From a virus: DNA of 64,000 nt. Position numbers and translations under genes: made by a program. Location of the stretch: positions 4,060 to 68,059 of the IMG/VR virus record IMGVR_UViG_3300023435_000659. The stretch is one strand, 5' to 3'. Shown piece after piece: positions 35,899-46,400 of the stretch; the first letter of the stretch is position 1, and each line of letters starts with the position of its first letter. Under the pieces are notes generated by a model. The model was not told the DNA's origin, made no database searches, and saw only the letters and a list, made by a program, of their open reading frames with translations.

Positions 35899-37107
35899 AT
35901 GGGCGCAGGTTCACACAGTGAATCTCTCTCGCTGGGTGGCCGGTCGTTGACTCGGACGGCAACCGTGAGTGGAGAAAATGACACTCTATTGGGCGGAACG
36001 AGTTCGCCAATCTCGCTGGCAGCCGGGAACACCGTAACCAATTGGGTAAAGACCGATGCCGATACGGCGTCATGCGTTTTGCCTTCCGGTCACGGCTACA
36101 CAAGCGGAAAGTTCGACGTGTATTCCTTGGCAGGCGTTATTTACCGTTATGTAGTGCAAGGCACGGTATCCGGCAACAATCTGACGCTGGATGGTGGGTC
36201 GGTGCAATGTGGCGGTGCTGGTTTCCCCAACAGCGAAACTGATGGGGTTATTGTCTGCAAGCAGCAGCAGCACAATGTTTCCTTGGATGGGGACAATGCG
36301 GTTCTGGTGGGCATACTGGCGACGTGTCCGGCGCACCTGGATATGCAGGATGCAGATAGTGACACGATTCGGGAAGTAACCTTATCGGCCAGCGAACCTG
36401 ACCTTTGGGATAGTGGGCAGGCGGTGAACCCCTACACGGGCGATCCAATCACCAAAATTCGTCTTAGCAACGGTTCGACGACGGCCGGCACGTTCCAGAT
36501 ACTGATTTCCCAGGATTCGGAAGTGTACCTGTCACCGTCAGAATCACCGTCAGCTTCGGTATCCGGTACGCCGTCGACTTCACCTTCGAGTTCGGTGTCA
36601 AGTTCGCCGTCAACTTCGGTGTCTGATTCGCCGTCGGATTCACCTTCGACTTCACCGTCACCTTCAACCTCGCCTTCAACTTCGGTGTCAAGTTCGCCGT
36701 CGGATTCACCGTCGACTTCACCGTCACCTTCAACCTCGCCTTCAACTTCGGTGTCAAGTTCACCTTCAACTTCGGTGTCTGATTCGCCGTCGGATTCACC
36801 GTCGACTTCACCGTCACCTTCAACCTCGCCTTCAACTTCGGTGTCAAGTTCACCGTCGGATTCACCATCGGCTTCGCCATCACCATCGACCTCACCATCG
36901 GCTTCGGTGTCAAGTTCACCTTCAACTTCGGTGTCAAGTTCGCCGTCGGATTCACCGTCGACTTCACCGTCACCTTCAACCTCGCCTTCAACTTCGGTGT
37001 CAAGTTCACCTTCGGATTCACCATCGGCTTCGCCATCACCATCGACCTCACCATCGGCTTCGCCGTCGAGTTCGCCGTCGGATTCGCCATCCAGTTCGTC
37101 GTCGTAA
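35899..37107 (+). CDS. Putative virion protein with ~191-aa mucin-like Ser/Pro/Thr tail
   Basis: AGGAG RBS; beta-rich N-domain then SPSTSVSSSPSDS repeats. Confidence 0.8.
   Translation: MGAGSHSESLSLGGRSLTRTATVSGENDTLLGGTSSPISLAAGNTVTNWVKTDADTASCVLPSGHGYTSGKFDVYSLAGVIYRYVVQGTVSGNNLTLDGGSVQCGGAGFPNSETDGVIVCKQQQHNVSLDGDNAVLVGILATCPAHLDMQDADSDTIREVTLSASEPDLWDSGQAVNPYTGDPITKIRLSNGSTTAGTFQILISQDSEVYLSPSESPSASVSGTPSTSPSSSVSSSPSTSVSDSPSDSPSTSPSPSTSPSTSVSSSPSDSPSTSPSPSTSPSTSVSSSPSTSVSDSPSDSPSTSPSPSTSPSTSVSSSPSDSPSASPSPSTSPSASVSSSPSTSVSSSPSDSPSTSPSPSTSPSTSVSSSPSDSPSASPSPSTSPSASPSSSPSDSPSSSSS
36532..37104 (+). repeat. Ser/Pro/Thr coding repeat
   Basis: 47 nt (37006-37052) identical to 17651-17697. Confidence 0.92.
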
Positions 37108-37141
37108 ACGTAAGCCAAGTTTCACTTAATGTCACGGCTCA

Positions 37142-38524
37142 ATGCTTCGTAAGCGCAAGCAACCCACTCCAGACTTTCGGCTTCCCCCGCCGTTTCAGCC
37201 GATAACAGGGGAACGGGCACCACTTGTAGTGCCTGGGGTGCATCCCTATTGCGCACTGATGCAAGTGGCGGACGAGGATACGCATGACAATTACGTGGTA
37301 TGCCGTGGATTTGACACTCGCATTAAAAAGTTCTTTGATTACGACAAGGATGACGCAGAGAATAAGCCGGGAATTTCGGTTGCCAAACCTTACGGGAAAC
37401 GAGTACAGGGGGCATACCAGTTGGGGCAAGTATTCGCTGCCTTTCTACCCCTGGGTCGGCTCGGGCAAAATCCGGGTCGGGTTGAGGATGATGGGGAACA
37501 CTGCCATGGACAACCCTTGAGCCTGGAAGATGAGGTAGTATTCCTCCTTGACGATAGTGACCATTACATCAATTGGATGCTCGTGGATGGTGGTCCGCTA
37601 CTGATGTGGGTGAAGTTACAGGAGAATTTGTACGAATGTGAAGAAGCCGAAGCACTGGTTGTTATTGCGGACGATGACGGACTGTTTTGCGATACGGGTA
37701 TAAGCCTGACTGTTTCTGATCCGCATGGGACTGTCCGCGCAAGTGCTTTGGCTGTGGGCGGGCGGTACATTCGGGCCGGAAATCGAGCACTGGTCATGGC
37801 CGTATCGGGCAGTGATTCAGATGGATCGTCTAGCTCTGATGTCAGTGCGAATTTGTGGGCAGCAATTACGTTTGGAAGTGGCGATTGTTGTGGCAGCGAA
37901 AGTTCGTCGAGCGAAGAAAGTTCGTCGAGCGAAGAAAGTTCGTCGAGCGAAGAAAGTTCGTCGAGCGAAGAAAGCAGCAAAAGTAGTAGTTCATCAGACG
38001 AATGTATAAAGTGTTTCACCGGTGTGTGTGCAGATGACATACCAATTGCCGATAGCGTTGAAGAAGGCGATTACGTCCTTGGTCTTAGGGACGGTTGCTT
38101 ATACTGGTTCCCGACTACCGATTGCGAAGACGAATCATCATCATCAAGTGGCGGTTTGGATTGTGTGGCGTGTAATGAATCGGGGCCTGAAGCAATGCCA
38201 TTGACGCTCAGTGGCATTTTGAAGGGAACAGAAGACGACAATGATGATCTGAACCAAGAATGGTCACTATCCCAAACCACTGATTGCGAATGGGAAATTA
38301 CTGGTGGCGACCTACCCTCGGCGGTAACCGGCATCGGACTGGTGATGGGCGTAGACGAAGAGCTTGCATGGGCGGAACTTACTATTTCCACAACCTCCGG
38401 CGAGGCGACATTTACCTATGACCACACCGCGGCAACAATGGATTGTCGTGACATTACTTTTGAGTTGGGTGGCGTATCCGACACCTGTTACACATGGACC
38501 CAAGCAGGTGCCGCAACCGGATAG
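37142..38524 (+). CDS. Acidic Cys/Ser-rich protein with SSSSEE repeats
   Basis: VAKPY motif; 4 x 18-bp repeat at 37898-37969. Confidence 0.75.
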   Translation: MLRKRKQPTPDFRLPPPFQPITGERAPLVVPGVHPYCALMQVADEDTHDNYVVCRGFDTRIKKFFDYDKDDAENKPGISVAKPYGKRVQGAYQLGQVFAAFLPLGRLGQNPGRVEDDGEHCHGQPLSLEDEVVFLLDDSDHYINWMLVDGGPLLMWVKLQENLYECEEAEALVVIADDDGLFCDTGISLTVSDPHGTVRASALAVGGRYIRAGNRALVMAVSGSDSDGSSSSDVSANLWAAITFGSGDCCGSESSSSEESSSSEESSSSEESSSSEESSKSSSSSDECIKCFTGVCADDIPIADSVEEGDYVLGLRDGCLYWFPTTDCEDESSSSSGGLDCVACNESGPEAMPLTLSGILKGTEDDNDDLNQEWSLSQTTDCEWEITGGDLPSAVTGIGLVMGVDEELAWAELTISTTSGEATFTYDHTAATMDCRDITFELGGVSDTCYTWTQAGAATG

Positions 38525-38531
38525 GTAAGCA

Positions 38532-39098
38532 ATGGGCGCAGTTCAATTATGGGGTGGAAAGATACTGTTTCGGCAGGCATACGGCAGCAAGATAGCGATT
38601 GATCCGGCGTGCTGCTGTGAGGAATCGTCGGAATCGTCGGAATCGTCGGAACTGCATTGTGTTTGCGAAAACCTGACCGACGGCGGGCCGTACACGTACC
38701 TCGCGACGTTCACGGGAGTGGTTGCGAAAGACCCGGTTGACTGTGCCGACTGCGGCGATTGGAACCAGCAGCATGAAGTTGATTGTGTTACGTCGTGCGT
38801 GTGGTCAAGTTACGGTCCTGGTGCGTCACCGCACATTGAAGGAGCAACTGGCCCAAAGGATACTATGCCGTGCCTTGGGGCGGTTGAAATTACGGCGACA
38901 GACATTGGGAACGGCGTCTCACTGAGAGTGGATGTCTACGAGAATGATGGATTACTGTCGGCGGTGTTTGCCAAGGACTTCTTGGGAGCGACGCCAATGG
39001 ACCTTGATAACCCCGGTGTAATTCCTCCATACGGAACGCCATACCTCAACAACGTAAAGTGTGACTGGACTAATGCAACCTGCACGATGACATCATAA
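38532..39098 (+). CDS. Cys-rich protein (CCC-EESSESSESSE)
   Basis: 3 x 9-bp repeat at 38621-38647; multiple Cys. Confidence 0.7.
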   Translation: MGAVQLWGGKILFRQAYGSKIAIDPACCCEESSESSESSELHCVCENLTDGGPYTYLATFTGVVAKDPVDCADCGDWNQQHEVDCVTSCVWSSYGPGASPHIEGATGPKDTMPCLGAVEITATDIGNGVSLRVDVYENDGLLSAVFAKDFLGATPMDLDNPGVIPPYGTPYLNNVKCDWTNATCTMTS

Positions 39099-39099
39099 C

Positions 39100-40626
39100 A
39101 TGAAAGCCACAAAGCAGGCTGCTAAAAAACCTGTTCGCAGCCGTGGGCTTGGAGACACGGTAGCAAAAGTAACCTCTACTATTGGGATTAAGCCGTGCAA
39201 AGGCTGCAAGAAACGACAGGCGAAACTGAATAAGTGGTTTCCGTACAAAAGAGCGACCATGAGCGATCTGAAATCATATTTCGAGCGGTGTTACGTCGTC
39301 AATCTGGACCGGCGCCCCGACCGATTGAAGTCGTTTCTCAGTCAAGTTCCCGCCGATTGGCCGTTTGTGAAGATCGAACGGTTTGCAGCGATTGACGGGA
39401 GAAAGTGCCCGCGGCCAACACATTGGCGGGCTGGCGGGGGAGCCTGGGGTTGCCGGGCCAGTCACTTGGCGATATTGCAGCAGTGCTTGCAGGATGGGGT
39501 TAAGTCGGTACTAATCTTCGAGGACGATGCCGTGTTCTGCGATGGGTTTGCCGGGAAGGTTGCGAAGTTTCTTCGGAATGTGCCCGACGACTGGGGGATG
39601 ATTTACCTTGGCGGGCAGCACTTGAAGGCCAAGCAACATCATCCCCAGCAAGTCAACAAGCACACCTATATTCCTTACAACGTCAACCGGACACATGCCT
39701 TCGCGGTAGGTGAGAATGGAATGCAAGCCGTTTACAAGCACCTCAATACCAATGACTGGCGATCCCGTCATCATATCGACCACCATTTGGGGCGTCTTCA
39801 TATGGCGAAAACTGTTCCGGTGTACTGCCCGCGAGAATGGTTGATCGGGCAAGCGATGGGCAAGAGTAACATTTCAGGGCGGACGCACCGTAAGCGGTTT
39901 TGGTCGCCTGCGGATCAGTCCACGAAGAAAATATCTCCTGCTGAACATCCGTTTGTTGCTGTTATCGGGCTGCATTCATCTGGATCGTCCGCCTTGGCCG
40001 GCGTATTGCATCACTTGGGAATGCACTTGGGAAATAAGCTAGTCGGATACTACGGCAGCGATCCGAACAAGTCGTGTGGGTTCGAGGCGGCTGGACTTAT
40101 GAAGCTCTGCGAACGGGCGATGCCATTTCCGCGAGCGACGATTGCAATTGCGGCGCAACCCGAGTTTGCCCGTAGACTCAAACGCTTTTGCAACGAGAAG
40201 CGCCGGGAAGCAAATGCAAAGGGCACGCTGGCGGCAATCAAATATCCGCAACTCTGCCGGGCCGGGGAACATCTTATCAATATCTTTGGTAACAAACTCC
40301 GTGTGATTCGGATTGATCGGCCACTGGAAGAATCCATTGCGTCGATCTGCCGGCGATACCCAAAGAAAGAGCCGCAGCAGTTGCGGCTCCATCAGGAATG
40401 GTTGCTTGCCGGTCGAGACGAACTGTATGGGAAATTGACCGACAAGCAGCGGATCACAGTCCGATACGCCGATCTGCTGGAAAATCCCAGTCGGGAAGTC
40501 GAGCGGCTGATCTCGTTTCTCAGTATCCGGCCGACGGCAGCCCAAATTGCCAAGGCAGTGGATTATGTAAAGCCGGAACAGCAGCACATTGCATCCGAAC
40601 TGAAATTGGCGGAGGCAACGGCATGA
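39100..40626 (+). CDS. Fusion: GLGD/CxxC small domain + GT25 glycosyltransferase + sulfotransferase-like domain
   Basis: RGLGDTV...CKGCKKRQ..LN; VVNLDRRPDR, GCRASH, FEDDA, YLGG; GLHSSGSS, KYP, RPLEE..AS, RYADLLENP. Confidence 0.85.
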   Translation: MKATKQAAKKPVRSRGLGDTVAKVTSTIGIKPCKGCKKRQAKLNKWFPYKRATMSDLKSYFERCYVVNLDRRPDRLKSFLSQVPADWPFVKIERFAAIDGRKCPRPTHWRAGGGAWGCRASHLAILQQCLQDGVKSVLIFEDDAVFCDGFAGKVAKFLRNVPDDWGMIYLGGQHLKAKQHHPQQVNKHTYIPYNVNRTHAFAVGENGMQAVYKHLNTNDWRSRHHIDHHLGRLHMAKTVPVYCPREWLIGQAMGKSNISGRTHRKRFWSPADQSTKKISPAEHPFVAVIGLHSSGSSALAGVLHHLGMHLGNKLVGYYGSDPNKSCGFEAAGLMKLCERAMPFPRATIAIAAQPEFARRLKRFCNEKRREANAKGTLAAIKYPQLCRAGEHLINIFGNKLRVIRIDRPLEESIASICRRYPKKEPQQLRLHQEWLLAGRDELYGKLTDKQRITVRYADLLENPSREVERLISFLSIRPTAAQIAKAVDYVKPEQQHIASELKLAEATA

Positions 40627-41021
40627 GCGTCAAGCAAATGCGGATTCCAAAGAGTATGAGGCAGCTATTGGAATTGGCTATGGCAATGACCGGCGGCAAA
40701 ATCGCTAATCAATCGCAGTGGGTAGAAGTAGAGCGTGATTTCGACCGGATAGCGGGCAGCTTGCCGGGCGTGGAGAAACTAAAGGGCAGTTCGGCGGACA
40801 TCCCGAAAGACATCGCACCTTTCGACGCCTGTTACATCGACGGCGACCATACCGAGGACGGTTGCAGCAGGGATATTCTCACCGTGTTGCCGCTAATGAA
40901 ACCGCATGCGCTGGTTTGCGGTGACGACTATTGCCGCAAGTCGGTACGACAAGCAGTGGCAAATTGCCTGCCGACTAAACAAGTACGACGATTCGGAAAG
41001 GAGTGGATGGTAAGGCTGTGA
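40623..41021 (+). CDS. Methyltransf_24-like protein lacking motif I
   Basis: FDACYIDGDH...D...KP...CGDDY present; no ExG SAM-binding motif. Confidence 0.65.
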   Translation: MSVKQMRIPKSMRQLLELAMAMTGGKIANQSQWVEVERDFDRIAGSLPGVEKLKGSSADIPKDIAPFDACYIDGDHTEDGCSRDILTVLPLMKPHALVCGDDYCRKSVRQAVANCLPTKQVRRFGKEWMVRL

Positions 41022-41755
41022 CAACTCACCTGTTAATGGTGCTGGGACTTGAATTCGACTGCAACTATCTGCCGCATCAAGCTAGGTGGTGGCATGATCG
41101 CGGCATCGACCAAGTGCATATCACCTTTCACTCACGCAAGCCCAGATCGCTACCGGACCTGAGTGAGTGGAAGCAGCCGGTAACTACCGCCCTATGGATC
41201 GGCACGTTTTACAGCGGGACGAAAGTTGCACACCTTGAGAAAATGCGACGGCAATATGTTACCAAAGACGATTTGTATGTCGTGGTTGACGCAGATGAAT
41301 TTCCGGCTATTAGCAATGTTACCGCCTGCTGGAAGAAGCAAGGCAGATGTGCGCCGGTCATGTATGGGAATAATGTGGATCGCTTTGCGAAAAAACCAGG
41401 AGTACTTGGCAAGCTGAACCCCGACGGAAATATCTTGGAGCAGTTTCCCGTTTCATGTCCTGGCTGGAGCCAGAGCGTGTTGGGTATGACGACATCGAAG
41501 GCACTGCTGTTTTGCGGCAATGTGGTTTACAAAGGCATCCACCAAAACAGATTCCATTCCCGCGACAGCTACCAAATTGCAGGCGGCAAGATCGCACGTA
41601 TCTGGCACTGCAAGTGGGTTAAGCAGCGCCGAGCCAAAGCAAGGGCCCGTATTCGCGATTGGCAAAACACAAAGAAGACAGGCCACGGCCACTGGAAGAA
41701 AAGCCGAAAGCTATTGAAGTACATTCGGCGAAAGGAAAGACACAATGGGAATTAG
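41018..41755 (+). CDS. GT-A glycosyltransferase-like protein
   Basis: YLPH...W...GID; VVVDADEF (DxD); HCKW. Confidence 0.65.
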   Translation: MTTHLLMVLGLEFDCNYLPHQARWWHDRGIDQVHITFHSRKPRSLPDLSEWKQPVTTALWIGTFYSGTKVAHLEKMRRQYVTKDDLYVVVDADEFPAISNVTACWKKQGRCAPVMYGNNVDRFAKKPGVLGKLNPDGNILEQFPVSCPGWSQSVLGMTTSKALLFCGNVVYKGIHQNRFHSRDSYQIAGGKIARIWHCKWVKQRRAKARARIRDWQNTKKTGHGHWKKSRKLLKYIRRKERHNGN

Positions 41756-43430
41756 ACTCGAACACCAACCGTCAGTCGGCATGGCATCCTATGCGGCCGG
41801 TCGTGGTATGTCCCGCGAACGGCAGAAAAAATATATGCTGGACCTCCTCAGGGAGCGGCAGAGGCAGCAGGCGCAACAGCAGGCACGACAGCAGGGATTC
41901 AACTACCGCACTTGGCTGGAGGGCAAGCGCCAGACGGCAACGAACCAGCGGATTGAGGATCAGCAAAAGTTCGGCATGGGGCAGGCGAAATTAGCAGCAG
42001 AAGGTCGGGATCGAGCCGAAACAGAGGAGAACAAGCTCGGTATGTGGAAGGACCAGTACGAGACGACTATGGGCGAATTTAAGTCGCTTCATACAGAAGG
42101 CCCTAATGCGTGGGTAGACCCAGAGAAGAAGGAGGAGTTTGATAAGTTGTACCGTGACATACAGACACTCGGTGACGATGACAATTTCGATGCCTTGGAT
42201 AGCTACAAGATGGCAGCAGAGAAGGGCCAGAAGTTCTTGAGCGAGTTTGATCGAGAGGCAGAGATTATCCAGTATGATAAGCGGAAGGGAAACACATACA
42301 CGAGGGATGATGGAGCAAAGTTCCTGAGGGCAACGGAACCTGATGGAGACGATAAATTCATGGGGATTGAGGGCGACCGGATAGTGACCATTGATGGCCA
42401 GAAGTATCGGAAGATATGGAATGGGCGTGACATAGATTTGGTTCCGCTTGAAAAGGCGGAAGACCCTTCCAAAGCGGCTGCGAAAGCGACTGCGGAGAAG
42501 GCTGATACGATTGCGAATCAGAATGCGATGAGAGCTACAAATAACAAACAGATAATGGATGCTGCAAAACTGGCAACTGGGGACCGCAAAGACTATGCTA
42601 GCGACGAAAAATACGAAGAGACGCTCGCAAGCAACATAGAAAAAGCAAAGCTCTTATATCCCCTTCCGTTCGAGGATAGCCAGGATGCGCCCGGTGACAG
42701 CAAGGATAAGCCCGGTGGAAGGCCAGTAGCGGGACTGAAATACGATGAGGCTACAGGGGATCTTCAGTCAACCGAGCCCACGGGCACACCTGGAGCGCCA
42801 CCACCGGAAGCACCGCCTCAACCCCAAGCCGTACAACCGGCACCTGCTGGTCAACAGCCAGCCCCAATGGACATGAACCTGCTATCAGAAGATGAAAGGC
42901 ATGATCTGGCCGCACTTCCTCCAGAGCAACGGCAAGCACACTACGACTCTCTTATGCAACGCCATGGTAGAACCCCTGAAGATCGAAAGGTTGCTGCCCA
43001 ACATGAAGAAGAATTCGGTCATTTAAGAGGGGCTCCAGAACCAGACTTGGAACCAATGCCAGACTTGGAACCAATGCCAGGAAAGTCAAATCGGGCTAAT
43101 GTTGATGTTGAAACCGACGAAGAGGTCCAGGCCGATTTCTTGAGGATGCAAGCCTCCAAAGGGCATGTCGCCCAAAAAATCAACCCGGAAATTGAAGGGG
43201 TGGACTTGACAATGCCCGTGCCGACAAAGCAATCTCGGGTGGGCACAAAGTCTCGCCAGGAACTTGTGACACAACGGGCAAAGCAAAAAGCCGATGCCCG
43301 TCGCAATAGGATAGCTGCTCGTCAGGGCAAGTTACCTGCGGGGCTACAGCGATTGGTAGCCTCGGCTAGGTCCGGCAACCGGAAAGCCCAGCAGGCTCTT
43401 ACGCAGCGAGGGATTCAATGGCAACAGTAG
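41745..43430 (+). CDS. Putative internal virion/ejection protein
   Basis: Gln/Arg-rich coiled N-terminus and Pro-rich linker; precedes the giant protein. Confidence 0.6.
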   Translation: MGIRLEHQPSVGMASYAAGRGMSRERQKKYMLDLLRERQRQQAQQQARQQGFNYRTWLEGKRQTATNQRIEDQQKFGMGQAKLAAEGRDRAETEENKLGMWKDQYETTMGEFKSLHTEGPNAWVDPEKKEEFDKLYRDIQTLGDDDNFDALDSYKMAAEKGQKFLSEFDREAEIIQYDKRKGNTYTRDDGAKFLRATEPDGDDKFMGIEGDRIVTIDGQKYRKIWNGRDIDLVPLEKAEDPSKAAAKATAEKADTIANQNAMRATNNKQIMDAAKLATGDRKDYASDEKYEETLASNIEKAKLLYPLPFEDSQDAPGDSKDKPGGRPVAGLKYDEATGDLQSTEPTGTPGAPPPEAPPQPQAVQPAPAGQQPAPMDMNLLSEDERHDLAALPPEQRQAHYDSLMQRHGRTPEDRKVAAQHEEEFGHLRGAPEPDLEPMPDLEPMPGKSNRANVDVETDEEVQADFLRMQASKGHVAQKINPEIEGVDLTMPVPTKQSRVGTKSRQELVTQRAKQKADARRNRIAARQGKLPAGLQRLVASARSGNRKAQQALTQRGIQWQQ

Positions 43431-46400
43431 CCGATTGGGATACACTGGCAGACGAGATACTTGGCCCGGCGGTAGGCGCCCCTAACTCACCGCCGGACTG
43501 GGATTCACTTGCAGATGACATACTCGATCCCGATCAGTCCGAACCGGAATGGCCAGACGAACCTATTCCCGCAGCCCCCACATCACTACCCCCGATAATA
43601 CAAGATTTACCGAAAGAAGGTGAACGGCAGGTTGATCGCAAAGTTCCGCTACAACCGCCTGCACCAAAGCCGCCGATCCAAGTGGAATACGGCGACAATA
43701 AGGTTGCTACGTTCCCACACGGCACACCCAAAGAAAGAATTTTGCGGACACTCCGCAAGCACACCGCCGACCAGCGCACCCTGACGCCCGAACAGGCGGG
43801 TGGCCGATCCCAGTGGATCGACTCGGACAAGCACACGGAGATGCGGAAGACCACACCCGTCAGTCAAAAAGGGCTGGAGGAATACGCGGAATTCTTTTCT
43901 AGTGAAGACGCCGATGGCAAGCCCATCGTAGTGAAGCCTGAAGACGTTACCCCGCAGATGCTGGAGGGGGTAATCAAGGCCCGTGAGGAATATGCGGCTG
44001 ATGCAGCAGGAGATCCGATCGACCTAGTAGCACTTCGCGAATTCAACGAAGACACCGCGGCGATGAAGCGGGACGTGGACCGCCCGTGGTCGAACGAGAC
44101 TACAGTGGAGCATTTCGCTAGGTTGATTGACAAGGAAATGACACCCGAAGAGATGGTTAAGGCGGCACGGACACAGGGGCTTGAAGGCGACATTACGCCA
44201 GAAAAGGCTCGTGCGGCACTTATCGAGAATCGAGCCGCGGCACGAATCCCAGAGGTGGTTGCTGCGGATGAGGAGATATTGGGGAAGCGGCCGGGGTATC
44301 GTGAACCAGAAGACAAGCCGCACCTTCCCCTACCTACCGGTACGCCTCCCACTTGGACTGACACGGATATGGGGGGGCACGCTCCAGCAAACGACAATGA
44401 GCGTATGGGGCAATACAAATACACCATTGCAAAATCGTATAGTGAAATTTGGGCACAAACACATCCGGAGTGGAAAGATAGTAATACTGAAAGCCGATTG
44501 GCACTCCTGAATCAGGCAAGAACAACTTACGGCCTACCTGAATTCAGGCAATTGCCGGGGCGCTTGGGTTGGAAAGCACATTCTAAGACCCATGCAGGCC
44601 GTAGCGGAATAGCTGTTCCGGCAGTCAGTGAACTTTCGGGGCATATGTATAACGTCCGAGTTCAGCGAGCTATGGAAAGTTTGCAAGCGGCGAAAGAGAA
44701 GGGACAGGAACCTCGCATCGGTGATATGTCCATTGCTTCCGAACACATGGAGGAAATGGCACAACTTGGACGCGGCTTGACTGTAGGAGGCTGGACGCAC
44801 GCAATTTCGTTGCCAATGCTTAAATTTATGGCTGAGTTTACGGTCGGAACTGCGGCAGTAGGAAAAACAGTCAAGGGCGTTCATGCTCTTTCTACCACGG
44901 CGCTGGCTAGGCAGACTGGTACACGTGTCGCTCTATTAAAACTCGCAACTCAGCTTGGCAGCAAGGCGAAGATGGGTGCCTATATCGGCGCCAAAAAAGG
45001 TCTCGTGTCGCGGGCGTCTGGGGCTGTTGGCGGCGGACTTGTTGCGGGTGTTATTCGTACTCCTGTTTTAGCGCCACGAATTGTTGAACAGACACTTACT
45101 GCTATGTCTCCCAGTTACATGCCGATGATAGGCGATGACAAAGCGGTGGAAGTATATCTAGCCAAATCTCCCGAGTCGTTCCTGAAAGCAGCTACTAAAG
45201 CAATGGGTTCTGCATACATCGAGATGTTGAGCGAAACGTCGGGTTACGGAATGCGGGCATTTAAGACCGCTATGCTTGGCCAAGTAATGAAACGGTTTGG
45301 CCTGAAAAGTGTCAAGCAGGGCATTGGGATTCTTGAGCGAATGGGTTATCACGGCATAGTAGAAGAGTTTGGTGAGGAACGGGTTTCCGCAACCATGCAC
45401 GCAGCGTTTGGTCTTGGGGAGTGGTCGGATGTTATTCCGGAGTCGCAGCAGGCGCTGGGCGAACTTGCATCATTTAGTGTTCCATCAATTGGTGGAGCGT
45501 CTTATAGTGCCCTCGTTAATAAAATGAATCCGCGATTGACTAGCAAGGATGTGCAAGCCATTAAAGACCGTTACAAGTCTGGTATTTCGCCGTCAAGAAC
45601 TGAGGGCAAACGATGGGGGATGGATGCGAAAGACATCAAGAATACGGGCACTCGGCGGCGGTGGCTTAACAAAACCGTTGCTGCAATAGCGGATCATCAG
45701 GTCGCTCAAGAGCTAGAAGAAATCGAGCGACAAGTCGCATGGGAAAAGTACCGCACGGAAGATACTGAAGCACAAGAGGAAGTAGCTGAGGAACAGCCCC
45801 AAGCGATCGAGCCGACGGTAGAGCAGCCGACCGCCCCGGAACCGCCCCGGGATAATTATCTACGCAGAGGGGCTGCCAAGGCAATCGCCAAGATTCAACA
45901 GCAGAGACAGGCCGAAGCGGCTGTCCCTGAAGGCGAGAAGCAAAAGCCCGTCGTGGCGGAGACACCGGAAGCAGCCGCCGAGGCCGAGACGCCCGCAGAG
46001 GAGCAGGAAGCGGCCAAGATAAAACAGCCCGTAAGTGGATATGACCCAGGCGGCATACTTCTTTTCCATGGCACAGACGAAGCGGGCCGTACCGCAATTG
46101 ACGAAAGCGGAATAATACGCGGTCCTGCATACCTTACGTCAGACGCAGATGCGGCCAACGAGTATGGCGGTGGTGCCGGCGCAACCGTATACGAAGTTCG
46201 CGTTAATCCATCAGAACTGCTGGTTGACTTTGATCTCCCCGGCGGACGACTGTTGGACGTTGCTAGTGCAAACGAATACACAGGAAACGAAGACTGGACT
46301 ATTGAAGATTACATTGAGTCTGGGCAATCTGTCGGCACGCAGGCCAGCGTGGCAATCCGCAAACACTCCGCACCGAAAAAGAAGAGGCCCGACGCGAAGA

